Of a stretch of 64,000 bases of DNA, positions 25,103-34,100 are shown one piece after another (position 1 is the first letter of the stretch; every line of letters begins with the position of its first letter). A model generated the notes under the pieces. That model did not search any database. It was not told where the DNA came from and saw only the letters and a list, made by a program, of their open reading frames with translations. A program made the translations under genes and the position numbers. Where the stretch lies: contig NIVC01003039.1 of NCBI GenBank assembly GCA_002269645.1, positions 1 to 64,000 of the forward strand, given 5' to 3'. This DNA comes from Macrostomum lignano. Taxonomy: Eukaryota.

Positions 25103-28100
25103 GAACAGACGCGGAGAGCCAGGCAGAGACAGTGAGCTCTCAAAAGCCACCGTCTCGAGTTTAAAGAACCCGGCGCTCTGCTGCCCTGCAGCTGCGGTTG
25201 AGCTGAGGAAATCGCATTAACCCACTAGCAAACAGGCTGTCTCTTCCCCACTTCCTCTGCTTTTGTAGCTCCCACAGTGCACTTAGTTTAATAGAACAGA
25301 AGTTATATGATAGTTTAGTCTGATAGATAAAGTACGCAGTAATATTTCTCTGATAAATGCAATAAATGATATAACTAGTGTGGTATATAAAAGCCAATAT
25401 ACAGTAGTACATGTTATCTTCTCTATATTAGATCTCAATCCTATATATCCAAGATGTCTATCCTAGATGTCGATCCTCTCTATCCTAGATATCTATTCTC
25501 TCTATCCTAGATATCTATCCTCTCTATCCTAGATATCTATTCTCTCTATCCTAGATATCTATCCTCTCTATCCTAGATATCTATCCTCTCTATCCTAGAT
25601 ATCTATCCTCTCTATCCTAGATATCTATCCTCTCTATCTTAGATATCTATCGTCTCTATCCTAGATATCTATCCTCTCGATTCTATATGTCTTTTCCTTT
25701 CCATCCTAGATGTATATTCTCTCCACCATAGATGTATATTCTCTCCATCCTAGATGTATATTCTCTCCATCCTAGATATATATTCTCTCCATCCTAGATG
25801 TATATTCTCTCCATCCTAGATATATATTCTCTCCATCCTAGATATATATTCTCTCCATCCTAGATATATATTCTCTCCATCCTAGATATATATTCTATCC
25901 ATCCTAGATATATATTCTCTCCATCCTAGATATATATTCTCTCCATCCTAGATATACATTCTCTCCATCCTAGATATATATTCTCTCCATCCTAGATATA
26001 CATTCTCTCCATCCTAGATATATATTCTCTCCATCCTAGATATATATTCTCTCCATCCTAGATATATATTCTCTCCATCCTAGATATATATTCTCTCCAT
26101 CCTAGATATATATTCTCTCCATCCTAGATGCATTTTCTCTCCATCCTAGATGTATATTTTCTGCATTACCGATGTCTATCCTCTATCCTATAATGTCTAT
26201 CGTATTTATCCTAGATGTCTGTTATATCTATTCTTAACAGTCTTTTTTAGTTATATTCTTAAAAGTCTATTCTCACTCATCTATGTGTCCATACGTGCAA
26301 TTCTCTCTATTTAACGCTTGTAGATGTCTAATCTGTTAAAAAAGCAACTAAAAACCAATGGAGCACTACTCACCAGATAGTTCGCCTGTCTGGCCTCCTC
26401 TCTGAGCTGCTCAAGTTCGGCTTCTAAATCGCGTTTCGACTGTTCAACCTGAGCAGCCTCCTCTGTGAGCAGTTTCAAACGCTCGGAGGCTGGGACTTCG
26501 TCTGATAGCAGGTCCTTATGAGTTTTTTAGGGCAACAGAGAATAGCGCTTTGATAACAGAATGAAACAGTTAAACTACAATTGTTTCCTGTTGTTAGGAC
26601 GCAAATTCTATACTGGATTAAATAATAAAATGCACACGCACTAAGCTCAGAGCAGCTAAGAGCTCAGAGGGGGTGGGTACTTGGATTGGGAGTAAATTGG
26701 ATAGGGAAAGAATGGGAAGAGAGGAATGATGGGGTTGCTGCTCTGCGATGGGGAGACTGAGAATACGCAGCAAGCCAAGCCTCCTTTCGCGTACGCAAGC
26801 AACTGTACTGCAAGGTGGCTCAAAAGCAGGCTGCTCTCTCAGTTGCAGACTCAGGCCGACTGTACATTCATTCTCCGCACCCACCTCAGCGAGAGGGGAA
26901 GAGAGGGGGGAGAGGAGCAGGGAAGGGAGAGTCTGGAGAGCCCGATCAATCAATACATTTGGTATAGAAAGTGGGGAGAGAGGAGAGGATAGGGCAAGGC
27001 GATTTGAGAAGGCGGTTCTAGAATACTCGTAGAACTCTGAGCTCACTCCCTCCCTCCCTGCTTGGCCCCTAGCCAAAAGGCTCAGCCAAGCGGTTAGTGG
27101 CTTCCCAACCGGCAGCAGCAGCAGGCCGTGTGGAGTCTCAAGGCGAGCTTTTCTTGGCCGGGGTAAAAGTTGGGAATTAGCACGGGGGGGCTGTAGGAGG
27201 ATGGGGTGAAGAAAGTTCACACTACAGGAGGCGCACGAGCATCTCGGAGACTAGGATGGGGAGGCCGGAGAGGCTGAGGGGAGAGAAAAAAGGGGGGAGG
27301 CCGAAAACGGTGGCAGACAGAGATATTCCCTAACCATAATCCCCAATGCGGAGCGCTCTCCCTATTCCCCCTGGGAGCAGAGTTGTGTATAGAAATGAAT
27401 GGGAAGGCGATTCCAAGCCTTTGCAGATGCCCAGATTAGCTTTAACCCGGCCTGAAATCCCTCTTCAAACACATCTCGAAATCCCCTTAGATAGCGCCAC
27501 AGAGAAGGGTATTGGTTTCCAAATTTTCAAATCATTTAAATAGAAATTAAAACAAATATAAAATCCGATTACGCGTGTACATATTTAGCAGACTTAAGCT
27601 AATGACTGTTTGAGATCAACAAATAAAAAGCAAATGTATCTCAAAATGAAAATGGCACTGCCAATATCTAGTGGCAAATGTATCTCAAAATGAAAATGGC
27701 ACTCGCCAATAGCTAGTGGCAAATGTATCTCAAAATGAAAATGGCACTCGCCAATATCTAGTGGCAAATGTATCTCAAAATGAAAATGGCACTCGCCAAT
27801 ATCTAGTGGCAAATGTATCTCAAAATGAAAATGGCACTCGCCAATATCTAGTGGCAAATTTATCTCAAAATGAAAATGGCACTGCCAATATCTAGTGGCA
27901 AATGTATCTCAAAATGAAAATGGCACTCGCCAATAGCTAGTGGCAAATGTATCTCAAAATGAAAATGGCACTCGCCAATATCTAGTGGCAAATGTATCTC
28001 AAAATGAAAATGGCACTCGCCATTATCTAGTGGCAAATGTATCTCAAAATGAAAATGGCACTCGCCATTATCTAGTGGCAAATGTATCTCAAAATGAAAA

Positions 28101-31100
28101 TGGCACTCGCCATTATCTAGTGGCAAATGTATCTCAAAATGAAAATGGCACTCGCCATTATCTAGTGGCAAATGTATCTCAAAATGAAAATGGCACTCGC
28201 CATTATCTAGTGGCAAATGTATCTCAAAATGAAAATGGCACTCGCCAATATCTAGTGGCAAATGTATCTCAAAATGAAAATGGCACTCGCCAATATCTAG
28301 TGGCAAATGTATCTTAAAATGAAAATGGCACTGCCAGTGTCTGCCACTATCTAGTGGCAAATGAGTCTCAAATGGCACTGCCACTATCTAGTGACAAATG
28401 AGTCCAAACAAAAATGGCGCTGATTGTATTTAGTGACAAAGTAACTACATAAAAGGTAACCCGCAAAAAGTGCACTCACCTGATTCCAGGTGAGCTGTCG
28501 CTCAAGCAACAATCTTTCGCGTTGAGCAGTTTTGAGCATGCCCTCCAGAGCCTCGGAGTTGGGATTGTTTCTGGTCTGAAATGCCGCATAGAGCTAAAAA
28601 GTCAGAGGGGCCTCAGTGGGTGAGCAACTCCAACATGGCTCTGCTGTTGGAGGGAGAAATTAGTTAGTCAGGAATTTCTCACTAATGTGGAGAGAATTGC
28701 CTAACTGATGAGGGGAAAAATCTGTCAATCGATGAAAGAGGAATTTCTGACTTCAAAAAGAGAATCTCACACTTAAAAATAAAGAAATACCCCACTTAAA
28801 GAAATATCACACTTAAAATAGAGAAATCTCTCCGTTCAAGGGGTATTTCTCTCCCTTCAAGGGGCATTTCTTTCTTTTCAAGAGGGACTTGAAAGATTTC
28901 CCTCTTGAAAGATAAGGACCAAACTTAAAATAGAGAAATACCCCACCTAAAATAGAGAAATACTCCACTTAAAATAGAGAAATTCCCTCTTGAAAAGAAA
29001 TAAATACCCCTAAAGGGAGAGAAATACCCCTTAAAGGGAGAGAAATACCCCTTAAAGGGAGAGAAATACCCCTTTCGAAAAAAATATTCTCCTTGAGAGG
29101 AAAACCACAATAAAAAAGATATAAATAGCCTGCTACAAAATAGAAAAGAAAGTTCTTAATTTAATAAAGAAAAAATTCTTCGTTTAATAAGAGGGGAAAA
29201 CCTAAGTAAATAAAAAAAATCCTCGCGATATATCAGGGAATCATCTCTTAAATAAAGGGTAATTACGTACTTTAGTCGGATAATAAATTAATTTACTAAT
29301 CCAAATAAATCTCTGAGCACAGTCTCCTTACCTTATAGTTAAGCTGGTCAACTCTGTGCCTGAGCCCGGCCAGCTCATTGTCCTTCTCGGACAGCAGCTT
29401 GGCATTCTCGGCCAGGTCCCTCATCCGGCGCCGCTCGTAGTCGCGTCGGATTTCGTCCAGCGACGGCTGAAAATTTTTATCGGTAAAAACGCAAAATACA
29501 GAAAAGTGGCTACTGACTACTTGCAGTACCTAAAGTCAGAAAAACCAATATTGAAAATATCGACTATAAAAACGACTCTAAATTTTCTCTTAAAAAGTGC
29601 TGGATTCTGGGAAAATTGCATAAATAGTGTCAAAAATTCTTGAAAATATTACGCCGAAAATTGGAATATTTTTATTATTTTTAAGTATCACCCTAAATAA
29701 AGCAAGATTCTTATAAATCTTAGAAATCTTACTTTAAATAGAGGATTCTTTGAAATCTTAGAAATATTCTTAGAAATCTCACTTTAAATAGAGAAAGATT
29801 CTTTGAAATCTTAGAGAAAGATTCTTAGAAATCTCACTTTAAATAGAGAAAGATTCTTAGAAATCTTAGAGAAAGATTCTTAGAAATCTCACTTTAAATA
29901 GAGAAAGATTCTTTGAAATCTTAGAGAAAGATTCTTAGAAATCTCACTTTAAATAGAGAAAGATTCTTTGAAATCTTAGAGAAAGATTCTTAGAAATCTC
30001 ACTTTAAATAGAGAAAGATTCTTAGAAATCTTAGAAATATTCTTAGAAATCTCACTTTAAATAGAGAAAAATTCTTAGAAATCTCACCCTAAATAAAGCA
30101 AGATTCTTAGAAATCCCACCTGAAAGAGTGTCAGATTCCTAGAAAAGCCGCCCAATCCCGCCTCTCACCTGCTGGGCAGACCTGGCCTTCTCCTCCAACC
30201 GTCTGGCAATGGCCGCCAGCTCTGCGTTGCGCTTCTTTAAACTTTTCACTCGCTCCTCGGCGGCCTGGCTGGCCTGATCGCTGCGCTCGGACTAGTGGGG
30301 ATTCGGGATCAGAAAGCGGTTCGGTTTGGGACAGATTTTACTTTGAATTGTATTTTGGGAAGACTGGGATGAGATTAGGAGGGTTAAAATGTGGCTTTTG
30401 ATGGAACTGTAGGATGCGACTGAGATGGGATTCGGTTAGGATTGAGATAGAATTCAAAGTAGACTGAGATGGGATTCTGACTGGACTGCGACAGGACTAT
30501 AGGATGTGACTAAAATAGGACTGAGATTAGACTGAGATGGGATTGAGATGGGATTGAGAAGTGACTATAGAATGTGACTGAGATGGGACCGAAGTGGGAT
30601 TGAGATGGGATTGAGAAGTGACTATAGAATGTGACTGAGATGGGACCGAAGTGGGATTAAGATGGGACTATAGAATGTAACTGAGATGGTACTGAGATGG
30701 GATTGAGATGGGACTATAGAATGTGACTGAGATAGGACTGAGATGGGTCTGAGATGGGATTGAGATGGGACTATAGAATGTGACTGAGATAGGACTGAGA
30801 TGGGATTGAGATGGGATTGAGATGGGACTATAGAATGTGACTGAGATAAGACCATAAGACGAGACTAGATAGGATATAAGATGAGACTAGATGAGACTAT
30901 AAGATGCGACTGGGATGGGACTATAAGATGAGACTAGATGGAACTATAAGATGAGACTAGATGGGACTATAAGATGGAACAGAGATGGGACTATGAGATG
31001 AGACTAGACAGGACTATAAGATGGAACAGAGATGGGACTATGAGATGAGACTAGACAGAACTATAAGATGAGACTAGATGGAACCATAAGATGAGACTAG

Positions 31101-34100
31101 ATGGAACCATACGATGAGACTAGATGGGACTACATGTATAAGATGAGACTAGATGGGACCCTACGATGAAACTAGATGGGACTCTAAGATGAGACTAGAT
31201 GGGACTCTAAGATGAGACTAGATGGGACTAAAAGATGAGACTAGATGGAACTATAAGATGAGACTAGATGCGACTATAAGATGGAACTGAGATGGGACCA
31301 TGAGATGAGACTAGACAGGACTATAAGATGAGACTGAGATGGTCCGGGATTTAAAAAGTTTATGCAGGATTATTAAGAGATTACGATGATAACACGATTA
31401 AAATTAGTGGGTCACCGTGGGATTGGGATCATGGGAACCTATTTCACAAATAAAATCCCTCACCAGATTGGCATAGTCAGTTTTCAATCGGTCAAGTTCA
31501 GTCTGCAGTTCGTGGACAAGCTGATCCCGTTCCAGCCAGCGCTTGTTGACAAACTTTTCGATTGCCTTCGTCTGAATAACCGGGGGGGACATGCAAATAA
31601 ATTCAGCGATTATAATGAGGCACTAAATTAAAATAAAGAGTGCTTTCGCTACACTCTACTTTAATAAGTAGTGCGATAAAGGAAGAACAGAAGGAAACAA
31701 AAAAATAATAATATACAGATTTACACTCCGCTTTCACTCAATAGTAAAGAAAAAAATGGGTTGAACACAGACAATTTTTTTTCATTTCAAAATATTTGAG
31801 CACAATATTAACGCATTTGTGCTGTGTGCGAAATTTCATAGGGTAAGTGTAATATCGACAGATAATACTAATTCAGACAGTAAGTGGCTGTGCTTAACGA
31901 GTAAATACGTTACGATTAAGAAGTAAATTGTGACTAAGTCCTGACTCGTAAATTCAATAAGTAAGACTAGATTAGCTATCCATTACTATTCCTGAGTTGA
32001 AAAGATGATTTCTGAGATGTCAAGGCTTAATGTGGAATTGCTGAGATGTCAAGGCTGACGGGGGGAATTGCTGAGATGTCAAGGCTGACGGGGGAATTGC
32101 TGAGATGTCAAGGCTTAATGTGGAATTACTGAGATGTTAAGGCTGACGGGGGAATTACTGAGATGTCAAGGCTGACGGGGGAATTGCTGAGATGTCAAGG
32201 CTGACGGGGGGGAATTGCTGCGATGTCAAGGCTGACGGGGGAATTGCTGCGATGTCAAGGCTGACGGGGGAATTGCTGAGATGTCAAGGCTGACGGGGGA
32301 ATTGCTGAGATGTCAAGGCTGACGGGGGAATTGCTGAGATGTCAAGGCTGACGGGGGGAATTGCTGAGATGTCAAGGCTGACGGGGGAAATTGCTAAGAT
32401 ACTAAGGCGGAGGTCAGAAGCTACATGTAGTTTTTTTCAATGTTACATTCTTTGATTTCTCCCCAACGGGGGGCGTAGCTTGCTAGTCCATTACTATTCC
32501 TGTGTTGAAGAGATCATTCATGAGGCCAGACTAGCAATCCATTACTATTGCCATGCAAAATAAACCATTAGAAGCCACAACTTCAACTCGGGTATTGGCA
32601 CGCAGTACAATATGAATAAAAATTTTCGAAGGGTAATATAAAAAGATAAACTAAAGTTTTATTGTAAACTGAATCAAGCATAAAGAAACACGTTGGCAAC
32701 ATGTGCCGCCTTTACCTGACCAACACGGCTGATGCCACCTTGAATTGAATTGTCAAAAAGTTGGCTCACGTATAAAAGACACAAAGCTTACATACCCACA
32801 ATCGTCAATTATTAAATTGGCTAATTCTGTTCCTCTACAGTTACTCGTTTGCCGACTTGCAAAGTTGAAAGAGCAAGAGATTAAGCCCTGACTGGTAACT
32901 CCCCCCTCTAACAGCCTGACTACCAATGAGAGAGGATTCTATAGCAAGTGCCCATGCACAACCGTCTGCTAAGCAAAAGGAACTGAAGAATATAAAATCG
33001 ATAATCTCGGAGCGCAATGTCAGGCCAAGACAATTCGACTCTTACACTTAACCAAGGCGATCTAAAACTGAGAATCTGGAAAGAACTTTAACCGTTGGCA
33101 CAAAGGCCCAATTATAAACAAAGCATTACCGCTACTTTGTACAATGTTAAGCAAACCGACTGCAACTGACATAAGCGCCTACCTTTCAGCCGACTGCAAC
33201 TGACATAAGCGCCTACCTTTCAGCTGACTGCACCTGACATAAGCGCCTACCTTTCAGCTGACTGCACCTGACATAAGCGCCTACCTTTCAGCTGACTGCA
33301 CCTGACATAAGCGCCTACCTTTCAGCTGACTGCACCTGACATAAGCGCCTACCTTTCAGCTGACTGCACCTGACATAAGCGCCTACCTTTCAGCTGACTG
33401 CACCTGACATAAGCGCCTACCCTTCAGCTGACTGCAACTGACATAAGCGCCTACCCTTCAGCTGACTGCACCTGACATAAGCGCCTACCTTTCAGCTGAC
33501 TGCACCTGACATAAGCGCCTACCCTTCAGCTGACTGCAACTGACATAAGCGCGAGCTATTAAAATTATATACACAGGCGCGCTAATGTCAAGCCATGGTT
33601 TGTCTGGGTCTGTTGAGCCCAGGGTCCGAATTCAGGATGCCAAAGTGGAAACCAGGATGCCAGCTGGTATCAATGAAAAGGTTGAAAATCAAATAAAATA
33701 CCTTGATCTCTTCCCTACCCTTTTGCACTGCTGAGCTTCTCTGATCCACACAAGTTGCAGAAGTTTGCAGACTTTATAATTACAGATTACTCAAATTGTA
33801 CAGATGATTGAAGTCTTTAAGTCTACAAAATTATTCTTACTTTAGTTAAAATATAATTTGCAGAAAATATGAAACTCAAATTGACTGGTATCCGAGGGTC
33901 CAAATTCTTTAAACCACAACTTTTATTCAGCTATTATACAAAACAAAAGTCTTAGGGAGAGTATCCGGAACACAGCTAGCATTCCATATTGCCACTTGGA
34001 GTTCGCCTTGGCCCCTAACCGACAGCCCCCACCTCGGTCTCTCCCTGGCTTATAGAAATATTTTTGGGCGTTGCTTTACGCAAATATTACTCATAAAGTA

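Noticed and set aside
25160-25205. Possible RIMBP micro-exon [11 protein letters not shown] (- strand)
   Set aside because: Good acceptor but only a weak donor (GTTCTT) and no homology support.
26600-27340. 200-aa minus-strand ORF
   Set aside because: Low-complexity Leu/Ser/Pro translation with no motif. Similar unassignable segment at 13500-14350.
27594-28384. ORFs with [12 protein letters not shown] / [11 protein letters not shown] repeats
   Set aside because: A 45-bp intronic minisatellite (multiple of 3); not flanked by usable splice sites.
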